In this document: in pieces, positions 12,864-27,298 of the stretch
Position numbering within the stretch: position 1 is the first letter of the stretch
Layout of the letters: each line of letters starts with the position of its first letter
From: Paragordius varius
Lineage: Eukaryota; Animalia; Nematomorpha
DNA length: 64,000 nt
Assembly: GCA_964247055.1 (NCBI GenBank)
Contig: OZ176050.1
Location: forward strand, 7,502,001-7,566,000
Direction of reading: 5' to 3'
Program-made: the position numbers and the translations under genes
The notes under the pieces: model-generated
The model's database searches: none
What the model saw: the letters and a program-made list of their open reading frames with translations, nothing else
What the model was told of the DNA's origin: nothing

Positions 12864-14730
12864 TAAATATATTATTTAGGCTTAACTTATGCAAAGAAAG
12901 ATTAAAACCTTGTCTTTAATTTTTTAAAGTTTGATTAGGTATTTTTTATATTTCCAAAACTAAAATTTGTAGGGGGCAAAGTTTTTAAATATAACTAAAT
13001 GGAACATATTTTTTGAATTAATTGCACCTTAAATATTAACAATAATGTATGTAATAGCTATCATTTAAGCATATTCAACATGACTTCACCTTTAAATACT
13101 GTAAAAATTTTAATATTAAATATAATATTGTCCGTATCTATATGTACATTGTCACACTATTATTCAGTTTCAAAATTATCATATAATTTTGTTTATATAA
13201 ATACGCATAATTTTTTTGAATATTACAAATTATATTTTTATCCTTGCACCTATCATTTATCAATATATATAAGTAAAAAATATAGAGAAAGGCGAAATTG
13301 CATACCGTAAACATATTTCCTATCTTTTTTAATACGTACGTATATATAGTTATAACAGAGTGTATGAGTGACATCTACGCTTATTTTTGTGTACATAATT
13401 ATTTCTTTTAGAAAAACTATATACTTTCAAATATTCTTCATATTTCAGTAATATATTTAAATTCAACCTTTAACACACACGTGTGCGGGATAAAAATGGA
13501 ATTCTAAATCCAAAAGTAAATTTTTATTTCGATCATCATCATAATTATCAAAAATAAATACTTACAGATTCATAAATATATTGGATGGAAAAAGTCTAAA
13601 AAGTTCAAAAAATTTATACAATAATTATTATTTATTATTTATTTTATTTTATAAAATATTAATATTTGTGTAAATTATTTATAATATTTCAATCATTCCT
13701 TTCACAAATTCGCAATAACTGATATAGATAGATATATCCTATGGCTTGATATAGGGAGAAAGATTTATAGAGTGAATTTTAATGGTTCTATATGTCATAA
13801 ATTTTTTATTTGATTTCATTTTATTTTATATTTTTTGAATGGCAAACTTATAAATTATTTCGTTGAATCAAAAACCATATCAGTCTATATATATATTTCT
13901 AGTGCAGCTTGTAGAAAACGAGATTTAATTATTAATGAACAAAGTTTTTTTTCTTTTTAAGCTTTATAATTATGATAAATATGATTTTTTCGAATTATCG
14001 AAAAGATTTTTATCTAATTTTTAATATTTAGATGTATGTTTTAAGCTTTTAAAACATTTAAATGATATTCGGTTTTTATGTCTAAAAAAATGGTTAAAGG
14101 TTTTCTACAAACCCTTTTTTGGTAAAAGGACAACCCAACATTTAGGATAGAATCACCTTTTATAATCAATATTTTTTCAATAAATTAAAACCGTTAAAAA
14201 TACCCAAAAATTTTATGGTTGTAATCAAAGAATTTGATATTTGCTAGGGGTATAATTTTTAACATCTGTTGAATCGACAGATATGCAATTAGCATATTTT
14301 TATGTGTGTGCTTAGATAGCCTCTATTACATAATTAAATAACGCCTGTAATTTATGCAAATTTAATTAACTAATTTGATTTGAATTATTTTATTTTTAAT
14401 ATAAGCAATTTTGGAGTTAGTAATTAGGATTGCTGGGTTAAATGAATATTTTTATATGTACCTTCCTATGAAATACCTGAAATACTTTTGAAACTTACAT
14501 TTCTGATCATAAATAGTAAGCCCGAATAGAATTTTAAGTTTTCAAAAAAACTCTTTATTGTTAATGAAACAAGTCATTTGCTGTGATTTAATGTCAATTC
14601 TTTTGTAACTTAGAGGTAGTGTATAGCTACTAAATATAGATTGGTTTTCAGCCACTTTTGAATAAAAATGTGATGAAAGTTAATAGGTAATTGTTGTAAA
14701 ATTACAACCATATTATAAACACTATTTTAT

Positions 14731-15067
14731 CAAGGGTGTCTAAAACAAATGGCTTCGCAGGCCAAATTTTAATTTCCCTATTCCCGGCGGGCAGCATTTG
14801 AAAAATATAGGTGTATTAATAAATATTTCATATGATTTTTGACATAAGATTGCGAAAAAATGGCAAAAAACCTAACTCCTATCAATTTACTAATTTTCGC
14901 TAGTGTGCCAATTGAACAGACCTATTCAGAAAATTTGTCTAAGACATATCCATTTTACCAGATTTTGTGAACAAATTTTTTAAATTATGGAATTCTTATT
15001 AACCTATTCTTTGAAATTTTCCGGGCCGGACATAATATCTTGAAGGGCTTCATGTTGAAAAGCCCTG
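14731..15067 (-). mobile_element. hAT-like MITE (family C), reverse copy
   Basis: caagggtgtctaaaacaaatggcttcgcaggcc ... gaagggcttcatgttgaaaagccctg matches the reverse complement of 3503-3793. Confidence 0.6.
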
Positions 15068-18000
15068 GTTGATACCAACCACTAAGACTAATTAACTTTT
15101 AATTAATTGACAAAATCCTTATAATTTTATAATTCATGCTGGGAAATTCATTACATTAGCCGTAATTTTGGGTCTGACAGGGTATGAATAGATGCATGAC
15201 AACGGATAAGATCAGTATATAATACAGTCCATAAAATATGCTAAATATTTAAACACCAACTTTTCATAAAGGGGCAGGGGGAGGCGTTTCTAAAAATTAA
15301 TCATTATTCACATAAATGACTGTATTTAAATTACTTTTATGGTAATAATTGACTGGATATAACCGTGAATAACGGTACACCTAAGCAATAAGACCGGATC
15401 AAGACACCCAACGTGGATATAAGAAAAGGAAATAAATTATTTCAAAAATAAAACCCAAATAAATTTTATTTTTATTAACACGATCAATCTCCCCTCTCTT
15501 CGAAAACACAGCAAATTTATTATGCCAATTCCGATTTCTAACTACAAGGCCTATATAATTTTGTTGATTAACCCAATGTCGCATAGACACATGCAGTTTT
15601 AATGGTTTCTACAAAAAGGGTTTCCATGATTTCTTAAATATAATTTGGATTAGCTCTACACCGATGCCGGTAACCAAAAAATTAATCAATCCATGAAGAA
15701 TACTACTAATCAATTTTTAATTGGTCATTCGTAAAACTCTAATATAATGTGGTTTGGGTCTTTCAATATTAATCGTTAAGTGATATCAACTATTTTCTTG
15801 TGCGATTTAATAGAAAATAAAATTAAACCTATAAGTGTGGATCCATAATTTTAAGCAAATCTTTACTTATGAAAGTAAAGCCAATTTAAAGGCTATTTCA
15901 AATGATAGTCGGAATTCCTTTTAAATTGTTAATAGTTTTTGTTTGCGTGTTTATAGTTTCAGGCTTTAATTTATTGGTAGATTGATTTGATTTGGTTGAG
16001 TTTCATTTATTTCATTTAGTGGAAATAAAACATGGTGTCTAAAGAATAAACTAAAACAATAACTATCTAAACTAAACCTTAAAATTTATCAATCGTCCGT
16101 TAAAAATTAGTCTTAGTACCCCATATGAGCGAAATATACTGTTATTTGATTTATATGAACATATAATTTTGAGAAATATCTACCAAGGTTTTAAGTTACA
16201 CATTCAAATTAAAAGAACAGATAGGGTTAATATTATATTTTATTATACCGGATGGTTTAAATGGCTGAAATGTTTCATGGTTGAAAACATAGATTTAGGT
16301 AAATTTTGAGTCAGAATTTTTATGGTGATAGAAGATTTTAAAATCTTATAGCTGATGAAAAAGGAGAAAATTTGGCAGGCACTAGATGGGTTTATAGACA
16401 GGATGGCTCATTAACCATATCTAAGTAGGCACGACAGATAATATGGTTACAAAGAAACATTCTAAAAAATATATGATATGTCTTTAGCCGAACTAATTAT
16501 ATCAACAGTATATATCTAATATAAAAATTAAAATAATCACAGTCAAGCATGACTTGACTAACATGCGGTTATCACTTTTTTCCATAATCAAACCAACTTA
16601 ATATCTTAAAGGTCGTACCATCGAAGGTATTTGTATACAAAGGTCAAAAGCAACCCTGTATAGACTTTTTACGATAAAAAATTTCGTTAACATTGAATAG
16701 ACCATTATTCAAACAATAAAATTATTTTTCAATTAAAAACAATAATAATGTATAAAATGGCAAAGATAGGTTTTTATCCAATGTAATTAAAAGATAAGTA
16801 ATTCAAAATTGGGTGTTAAATTTTTGCGTACGAATTGAGGCAGTTAACTGTTTCAGGTTGACCTTAAACAACGATTGTCCCAATATATATAACCAGGGTT
16901 TAGTTTTAACCGAAAAAATAATGACCGGTCTAAACGCTTTCAACCATCTAATATTACAAAAGCAAAATATTCACCGTTGAAATCGGTTAATTAATTTATA
17001 TATATTTGTAAACACATTTTTTTATTATATTACACTTTAATTTATATTATTGATTTATTTAGTTTTAATGTTAAAAGTGTTTGACCTTGGATTTTTTAAG
17101 GCCTCACATTTACGAATTAAAAAAAATTAGTTCCCAGGCCCAGACATCCCAATTTAAACCTAGTGCAGTTTATTGATATGCATAGATAGTTAAATAAAAA
17201 TTAGTTTTTTAAAAAGTTTGATATCAAACTTTTTCGCGCCAAATTTTTTCAAATTTTTGGGCATTTCCAAATTTTACTGCTAAAACTAAACATTAAACGT
17301 GTTTAAAAAAATATGAAAAATAATTCATGCAATGCTTAAAAGTAGCCAATTTTTTGCTAGCTTCAAACCATATAATCAAACAATTACTTTTATTATTATT
17401 AAATATTGCCTAAATTATACATGAATGTTTTATTATCATATTTTCAAAATTTCATTTATACATTTCTTACACAAAAATATTTTCCAACCAAAGAGTAATC
17501 AACTAACTTTGTCTAAATTAAAGATATGAATGCATGATTATTTGTAATTAAGTTAAGTTATTTTTACTTAATTTATGAATTAACCATAATCTGTTTTGAC
17601 TAAATATTATTTTTTTTAAAAAAAAAGTTGTATGCTATGAAATTTACAATTACAAATAACATGTATTCAAAATTTAACAGGGTTCCCTCCTTTTAATATA
17701 ACGGAAAAACGGTATTTTGTATAAAGGTATTTGGGACTTATGAAACGGCTTGTTAGATTTATTCTCAAATATTAGGTACAAAAAATAAAGTGGACACTTT
17801 AATTTAGTATATTTTTAAAATAGTTGACTTAAAAAACAAATAATAAAATAGAAATTTTATTAAATTAAAACATACATACGTAACATACCTGAAATAGGGA
17901 ATTTTCGGATGCTTATAATTTTAAATAGAATCAATCTTCCCAAACACTTCAAACAAACCTCAAATAAAAAATATCGTAAAAAATGTTCTCTGACCCCTTT

Positions 18001-19223
18001 TAAAAATAAAATTCTGAAATTATATAAATAATTTAAATTAATATAAAAATTGTTATTATTAATAACATGCCTAGCCATAATATAAATATAGATAGATTTC
18101 GGAAATTAAAAAGCCAAGTTATAAATTATTTAAATTAATTAATTATTTATGCAAATTCCAAAAGTTAGTGGTTTTGAATATTCCATTATTATTGCTGTTG
18201 CTCTTTTGTTAATCACTCTACCAATGTATAAATGGATGGTACTTTTAATAAGTAATTATTTAGTTGCCATGAAAAAAAAATTTTTTTTGGTTTTTATTTC
18301 CAACCCCAATTTAACAGATAACTAAAGGATTGGGAAAATATCTTTGAAATAGTTTTCAGGCATATGCATATACTAATCTATAAGATTGAGTTAACTGGTT
18401 ATGAACTTGATTCATGAGTATAAAAAATGTCATATTTCATTTAATTATTTTTGTTTGTGTCATTAACACTTCCTTACCTTGTGGGGGTAGTTTGATATCC
18501 CAGAGCGCTTTAAAATTTGTAGATCCTAGAAAGTTAAGGATTGGGCCAAATTTAAAAATTGCTTTCTATAGTTTTTTAGGGGCAAGTTTCAAATTTTCAA
18601 CAAAAGGCAAAATTGTAAAAAAATCCTCATCTTAAACTTTTTCGCCCCTCATTTTTTTAGTTTTTAAATTTTTTATCGCTACAACAGGCAAATAAATATA
18701 TACTATGGTAGAAAATGTAAATAATTAACTTTAGAAAGCTCAGACAACATTTAACCATCACATACTTGATATTTCATATATAAAATCAGCTGTTATTGGG
18801 TTGCGGAGCTATCCAAATTGGGAATTTTAAAAGTTAAAAAAACTTTAAAAACTATAAATTTTTAATTTAATACTAGAGATCAATGTTTGGTAATTGTATA
18901 AATAACCAAAACAAAACAGTATTTATTTATTACGCTTAGGGGATATCCCAATAGTAATCGTCTGAAAAATAACAAATTAAAATATTAAAAAGAAATTGAT
19001 TGAATAATTTTGTATAAGTCAATAGTTACCATTCATTAATTCAAAAGATTGACTGTTTTCATATAAATTCAGAAAATTTTTATAATTACATCAAATGTGA
19101 AAGATCCCAAAAGCTTTTAACACTCGCCTAGCTTGGAAATCCATAGACCATTATGCGGACGCCCTAATCCAGCTTCTACCAATAAATTTATTAATTTATA
19201 TTAAAATATATTTTAGATCAATT

Positions 19224-21873
19224 ATGGAAGAACAAATTTTTGTCAGTTCTGTAGAATCCTCTGCAAGCAACTACACTTATAACCCATATTTTTACAATTT
19301 CCCTGGTTTTTCTTTTACACATCAAAATGCCAAGGATCAAGAGTGTCCTTCGCATTATGAAACTAATTACCATGAGAAGTACAATAGCAATACTGCTAAT
19401 AATGGAGTGCCATGTGGTGAAATTAATCAAAATATTCAAAAATCTACTAATGACTCCAATATGTACAAATTTACTTTGGCTCATGACTATAGTAACAATG
19501 ATATTTATCATAATGGCCAAAATCACGTTTCAGAGGGTAAACAAAATTCCTCTGGGGATCTTTGTAATGTGAATTGCAACTCATCTCCCTCGGCTCAACA
19601 TCTCACCAATGTTACGCCATATGAGCAGGCAGTACCTGACGATGAACATGCAGAACAAGGGAAAAGTGAACAAAACCCATTAGTTCCAATCAACTTTGAT
19701 TATTATGCAAACACTTTGCTTGGACGTAAGGATGTGTCGTCGTCCATTAACTCTGCTGGTTATAATTTCAATCCCGCTGCTGCTTATGAGGGATATACAC
19801 ATCCCTATTATTACAATTATGGGTATAATAGTAATGTTTCTGGAACAGGAGGATACGATAACTTTTACAATACATCTTTATTAGCTAGCAATGCGCAGCA
19901 ATCATTTTTCAACTCAGCCATCAGCTTGGGTTATGATGCCGTAAATAACGGAACGATCCCAATAGATAATTCGATATTATCGACTGGAACAAACTTAGGT
20001 GTATATGGTTTTGGGCAACACCCGTTTAACTCAGAATGTTTGCAATGGCCATACTGGAATGGTAGTCAAGGAACTTATGAAAACACTCAAATTATGGCAG
20101 ATGGCATGCAGGAAGATCAAGACAATTTAAGCGCAACTCAAACAAATATCTTAAGCAAAACGAAATCGCCTCATACTGAGAAAAAAGCTAACAAAAATTA
20201 TTCTAACCATAGCATGATTTTACATCAACCCTTTTTAACCGCCAGTGAATCCAACAACCCTGATTATCCAATCAACAGTCGAGATAACATTAATTCCTCT
20301 GCACCTCATAATTCAATACTCTCTCATTTGAATCCCATGTCATCCCTAACAAATTTTAAACCAAACGATATATTCGGAAGAAAAGATTTTCCCTTCTACA
20401 ATTTTTATGCAGCGGCAGCGGCTGGAGCAAGTACTTATCCTTTAGCTGCCTGTTGCACTTTGATGAGTAAAACGAAGTGTCAGGAGGATGAATTAGAAAA
20501 TAATTATAGAGAAGAGGGTTGTAACTTAGTCTATAATGAAAAATTCAAAAACGAGGACAAAACCCGTACTAATGGTCTTAATATATCATTTATGGGGTTG
20601 AATTCATCACTGGTTGGTAGTGACGTTTCGTTTTCAAAAACAATGTCTTTGGAAAATTCGATTGACGTATATGGAACGCCAAAGAAAGAAATCATCACAG
20701 GCCAGAAAAAAAGAAATGGTAACACCAAACTGAATGGGAAAACGCTTAATAGAACAGCTGATTTGAATAATAACAGTCGTGTTACAAAATATTCAGATCT
20801 ATACTCCAATTACAAAGAAAAGGGAGTGAACGTCACCCCTACTAAAACGGATAAAACAAATAAATCTTTACTCTCCACCGATTATGGTAAATCCAACAAA
20901 GATAACTTAAGCTGTGCTGATCCTCCTATGCAACAGTCTAGAATGGACCCAAATAAAATGGATACTAGATATCAATCAAACTTATGTTCAGCTGACTGTG
21001 AATTGAATACTACGCATTGTGAATCGATAATTGGCAATGATCCGAAAGATTTGGAGGCTTTTGCAGAGAAATTTAAGCAAAGACGTATTAAGCTGGGAGT
21101 TACACAAGCCGATGTGGGAAACGCCTTAGCCAAATTAAATATCCCGGGTGTAGGGGCTTTATCACAGAGTACCATATGTAGGTAGGCTTTAAATAAGCAA
21201 ATTAAATCTTTATTTAATAAGTTGATAAAAAAGGTACACAAATAAGAAATTAATTCATTAGCTAAGTAAGGCATGTAGCATACTTTTTTCAGTGATTTTA
21301 AGCCAACTCTCGAAAATTATATAAATGATGAATACTCTTTTGTAGATTTGAATCTCTTACCCTAAGTCATAATAATATGGTGGCGTTAAAACCAATCCTC
21401 CAAGCCTGGCTCCAAGAAGCCGAAACTGAAGCTATCAATGGTTTCGGAGAACTGTTAGCAGCATCCTATAATACCAACAATGCTAACAGTAGCATAATCA
21501 GTAGTATAAATATAGCCAAGCATAAAAATTTTCATAGCATGAAAAACGAGACGGGAAACTTGAACAATAATGATCACGGGAAAAGTACAACATATTCCAA
21601 TGCTCTCCGTTTTGAACAATCCAGTAGAGATGGAGCAAGTACTAAGCTTGTCTTGAAAAATGGTGTCAATCCCGCGAACAAAAAATTGGAAAAGGCGAAT
21701 AAACATGAAGGAACGCAACAGAGCACATCTCATTCTGATACAATTACGAATAACCTCACATATCAACCACATGTTATAGCGACAGAATCGGCATTAGGCA
21801 TGACTCTATCCAATTATGAACAATATTTCGGTAATGAACATTAATCAAATATTTCTATTTTATGTTAAATTTA

Positions 21874-21911
<38 letters not shown>

Positions 21912-22478
21912 TTAGCTTATTACAACGGTGCCGATCAAACATCCAACAATCCAAATATTAATAGCGAAATGAAAGATAAAAATTTCTTTGGGTACTCAGA
22001 AACTCCGTCTATGCCAATTCAAACAACATCACCTTTGTTGTCTGAAAGTAGATTGCCGGATTGCAATGATTTGTGTAATCCCAGTTACGATTTCCATGTA
22101 AATCATCCCACTATCCCTTCTAATAACAGCTATACCAACAAAACCAAATCATCATCCAATAAAACGTTTTCCTATGTTCCCAACAAAAAAGAAAGTAACC
22201 CAATGATTGCGGATAACTCATCTTCTCAGGGCACAACAACCAGTCCCAACGCTTTAGATGCCATTAAAAGGAAACGCACTTCAATAGCAGCACCTGAAAA
22301 ACGATCGTTAGAAGCTTACTTTGCTGTGCAGCCCCGACCCTCGGGAGACAAAATTAGTCTTATAGCGGAAAAACTTGACCTGAAAAAGAATGTGGTAAGA
22401 GTATGGTTTTGTAACCAAAGACAAAAACAGAAGCGTATGAAATTTTCGGCAAACAACAAAGGAATTGATCTTTTATGA
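19224..22478 (+). CDS. POU4: Class IV POU homeodomain transcription factor (Brn3/unc-86/acj6 family), ~1001 aa
   Basis: Exons 19224-21181, 21346-21830 and 21916-22478 (3006 nt, in frame; GT-AG introns of 164 and 85 nt). POU-specific domain DPKDLEAFAEKFKQRRIKLGVTQADVGNALAKLNIPGVGALSQSTICR|FESLTLSHNNMVALKPILQAWLQEAE and homeodomain KRKRTSIAAPEKRSLEAYFAVQPRPS...VVRVWFCNQRQKQKRMK are diagnostic of POU4. A splice acceptor at 19216, just upstream of the ATG, suggests an additional 5' exon that I could not place. Confidence 0.95.
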
Positions 22479-25400
22479 GCTATTTAGATAAGATATCCTT
22501 ATATTTACCATTTGTGCAATATTTTATTAAAAAAGGGATATCTTCATTGTAAATTATTTGTTTTTTTTTCTAAAAAAACGTGATCTCTCCTAATTTTGTG
22601 ACAAAATAAAAATTATAACCATATATTATATATAAGGATACAAAATATCAGTTAATATATTCTAGAAAAAAAGGTTGGTTAGTTGGTTGTGTTTTTAAAT
22701 TTAATAATACGCATCTCCCATTTTCACAAATAAATTATATATTATTATAGCAAAAGCAATACTGAAAGAGGTACATACACAGGTAACGCGCGCATTGAAT
22801 AATTTGCTGTGTGTCCACCTTTTTCATCTATAAAGCAAAAAGAGATAAATTATCATCTATATTGATTATATTATTATTATTATCTCATATTGAAAAAAAC
22901 TATAATAACTAACTTCACGATATTATATATATATATATGCGTATTTTATATTCGACAAAAATGCGCAAAATGAGAGTTAGATAACCATTATTAATAATTA
23001 ATGAATCTTTTTTTTTCGTTTATATTTTTTCCTATATATATTTATTTTCAATATCCTCTCTCCCTCTATCTCTTTTTTTGGTCAAAGGTTAAGCGGAAAA
23101 AATAAATTTATTTAAAAGGTAAAACAGTAATACTAAATCCTGAAATTAAAGCGACTCTTTCAACTCAATATATTAACCCTTAAATTAAGTTTTAGTTTTA
23201 ATAGTTACTTAACTATTTGAATCCACAAAATAAGTTTTAGATATCGACAAATATTTATGGGTTAACTCATACACACAAGAAGAATAATTTGATAATAAAA
23301 ATTTTTTCTATTTAAAATCTAAAATGCTACTTAACGATTGCAATAAAAGTATATATCAGAGTCGTAATAAAAAGGTGTAAATTTGTCTTAATGATGTTAT
23401 TATCATCAACACACCATCATTCATTTATCTATCTCGTTAAAATTCCATTAAAATTTTTTTGCGCTGTTGTTTTTTTTGCAATTATTAACCTGTAACACAT
23501 AAAATGAATCCATTTAGCCTTTTATTTTAAAACGCAAGTCCATAATAATTATCTATTATTATTATTAATATAACATAAAATTTGCCTCCTACGTTAAGTG
23601 TGTATTTAAAATTTTTGTCTATCGTTCCATAAAAACTAACTATATACATAATGGAATTTATTATAATGAAACGTTCTAATCAAAACACTGCACACAGGTA
23701 AATTTAGCCAAAAAAGTGCATTAATAAAATAATTACCTTTTCCAATAGTAAAATATTTTTTCCCTCTCCTCTCCTAGATAAAATAAAAAAATAATTAAAA
23801 AGCTGGACAAATTGCATTAAGTTAAAATGAAAATTTCAATGTGCAATTTTCAAAAATAAATCACCACACATACACACACTTCTAATTATAAACAGTAGTG
23901 CAATATTCATTAATTATTACAATTATTTTGTAAAAAAATAATTTATTTTACCTATATTTTGATCTATTTTATTTTATTAAACAAAATTATATAAAAATTA
24001 TCATTATTAAAGCTAATTTAACCAAAAATCACTAACCACAAGCAAAGCGAGCGCACGCGTCGTTTAAAAGCCAAAAACAATTATCATAATTGCTGCATAG
24101 TATATACGATTAAACTTTTTTTTCAATTAATATTTTTTAATTATATTTTATCATATTTTTGGATATTGTAGTATAATAACATTCATTTTCTGATTGTAAT
24201 CATTAAATTGCAAATTACTATTTTTTATGAGTATATATATATATATATATATATATTAAATATAAATATGATACTTATTTAACAAAAAATGTTTTAGGTA
24301 AAATAAATCAATTTAATTTATTTTTTTGGTGAATATGTATCTTTGGACAAGCAAATTTTTTTACTTAATCATTATATACGTTCAGTTGCGGTTAACTCGA
24401 AACTATAATGAATTTAAAATGATATGATACCTCTTCTTGAAGTTAGCGGTAAAAGACAAAACATATAAAGTCAAGGTCTATTTTATAGAGAAAACCAAAT
24501 TTTTAGTCCTTAATGTTTCTCTAAAACCCTGGATGATTACTATTGTAAATCATAAAATTGTATGTGTTACCAAATATATATTCATTATTTTGTAAAACAA
24601 AACTATAGGTTATATTTATTTGAAAATATGTTTCTAAAAACTTTATATGCCTCAAATTTTAATGCAGTTACACAATGTCGAAACCCGTATTAAAATTAAA
24701 ATCCATTGTGAGACTGGTTTGCTGAAACTAAACAATTAGCAGATTTTTTTTCTAAATAGCGGCCTAAAAATTGTAAAAGCTATTTCTAGCTTGATTTTTT
24801 AAAGTTTGTTGTTTCAGTGCTTTATTAAATTAACCTAGAACACATGCGTGTTAATAGGTTTACCTTTCATATATATTTCTTAATATATGGACATTTTTTA
24901 TATAACTAAAGGTACGTAAAGGGGCGAATCCGATACGAAACTGTGTGTATTATAAAAAAGGACTATTTCTTAATGTAACACGAGTTTAAAAAAACAGTTT
25001 AATAACCGTTTTGTAATGCGAAATTTATCTATCGGTTTTCGAATTCGGATGTATTTTCGATATTTCGAAATGTAGCGTATGCGAGCTATAACGCAGAAAT
25101 AATGAATGCCACTGTGTTTATTCTAATCTTATTTTGTTTTTTTTTCAACTTATATATATATGTATTGGCTCGTAATAAATAAATATGTGAACTTTTATAT
25201 AACTGTCATTTTATTTTTTTAAAAATTAGTTTTTGATGTTTTCCCCCTCCACACTTAAACCTAAAATTATCACGAATGCCAAATTTTTAAACTTAAAGAG
25301 ACAGGTTGAGCATTTGCTGATAAAAAATGGTTTAAAAAGAAAAAGGGATAACTTCAATAAACAGAATGGCCATATGAATGAGCCTTCGAATCCAATTTAC

Positions 25401-26719
25401 CCATGTGTACAAGCCGGCTCAAAATATACTTATAATATCCATATTACCTCCTGCTCTATAAGTTATGATGTTTGATATTATTTGGCTACAAAAATGGCGG
25501 TTCAAAAAATCCCATCTCTTTTAAAATATTTGATGTAATTGCCATTTAATCCATTTGAGCCATCATATGAGACATTTATCGACTTATCATAATCATTTTT
25601 GAGAATATTGTATAAAACGCTAAGTTATAATAGACTGATGCTTAAACACTAATTGAGATTTGATTATAAAATATTTTAAAATTTCTTAATCATTATTAAA
25701 TATTTTTGGTTGGTTAAAAGGCTAATATGAGTTAATTTTTTAGTAAAAAATGCAGACATCGTATTTATAATTAGTAAAAGTAGGGTTTAATTTAGTTGGC
25801 AGGCATTCATATGTAACTGAGTGACACAATCATAATAATATATTCTAGTTTGCGACAATAATGATAATAATATTTATTTTTTTATATATTAAATTTGATT
25901 AATTAAGGTAATTGCTTTTTTTCAAAGTTAGTTAAGTAGCTTATATGTCGCAATTCATATCTAACTAAAATCTTAATATAATGAAATTTTTAACCACACA
26001 CATATTGGTATATTCTCGGCGTAAATTTTGGTCGCCACACTGTGTACTGAAAATTAAGGGAAATGTTCATCAGCTCATAAATAATGCATTTATGATGAGG
26101 AGTATTCGAAATATATATATACAGAAAGAAAGGTCCTTACAATATTCTATAATAAAAAACTTCTAACAACTAAGTTTTAGCTAGCTAAATCAGAAAATAA
26201 CGTTAAGAGATTCACTTTTCTTATTATCATTATATTATAAATTACTTTAATGGATTAAAATGAGTAGACTGTTATAAATATAAGTTTTTAGAAATAAATG
26301 ACAAATTAAATTATAACTAAATTAAATTATAACAAAATTAAATTACATTAATTAACAAAAATGTTTGGCATAATATATGTAACTTAAAAATATTTTATTT
26401 TTTTCCAACTTAAAATTTATAAAAAAGTTATTTATAAAATCAAACTGAAGTGTGAGCTTACCATGATAAAAAATATGCATTTATTCCGCTGCTTAAAATA
26501 TTAATTTTTACTTTCACATAAAATATTATTAACATGAGCATGAACTCAATACAATATTGAAAGCTATTTTATGTTTTTTATACAAAAAAACTGATTAGAA
26601 ATTAGAATACACTCCAAAATTAAAGAAATGAAACATGAATTGGTTTTAAACGCCAGGGTAGAAAAGGAATCCATCCATAACAAAAATACAACAAGAGATA
26701 TTTAAATTTGTAACGTAAT

Positions 26720-27298
26720 TTTTGAGGTGTTTAATAAACGGCCCTCCACCAAAATTTACGGCCTGCGAAAAATTTGAAAAAAAAACAAAAAAATAAAACA
26801 TTTATATTTTAAGAAAATATTTTCGTAAAATTATAAAATTAATATCATTTACTTAAAAATTATTTTAATAATAAATTATTCAGAATTATTTCTGTTATGT
26901 TTATTTTTACCATAAATTGTTTGGTAAATAGAATTAATGTTAAATATATAAATACCGTATACTACCATTTATTGGATTTCAAAATTACTATGAGTTTTCT
27001 AAGGAAAAATTCATTTAAATATAAATTGGCGAAAACCGTAAAATTAAATAAATTTAATTTTTTATTGAAAAATTTAATCTGATATAATAGGCAAAGCTGT
27101 CTGATTATATCTTTTCAAATTTTGTCAACGGACAACAAAAATTATATTAATTATTGGATATATCGTGATTGTAAATTTATCTGACAGTTAATTGATAGGA
27201 ATATAAAAAATAATTATTGATGCCCATTTTAAATGCGGGCCGTCGAATTTTTTGAGCTGAAATGCGGCCCACAAAACCATTTGTGTTGGACGCCCTTG
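26720..27298 (+). mobile_element. hAT-like MITE (family C), degenerate, AT-expanded
   Basis: gaggtgtttaataaacgggccc...ggcctgcgaaaaattt left end; gcgggccg...gcggcccacaaaaccatttgtgttggacgcccttg right end. Confidence 0.55.

Noticed and set aside
18414-18635. 73-aa ORF as the missing first POU4 exon
   Set aside because: No POU-IV box similarity and no convincing phase-2 donor linking it to the acceptor at 19216.
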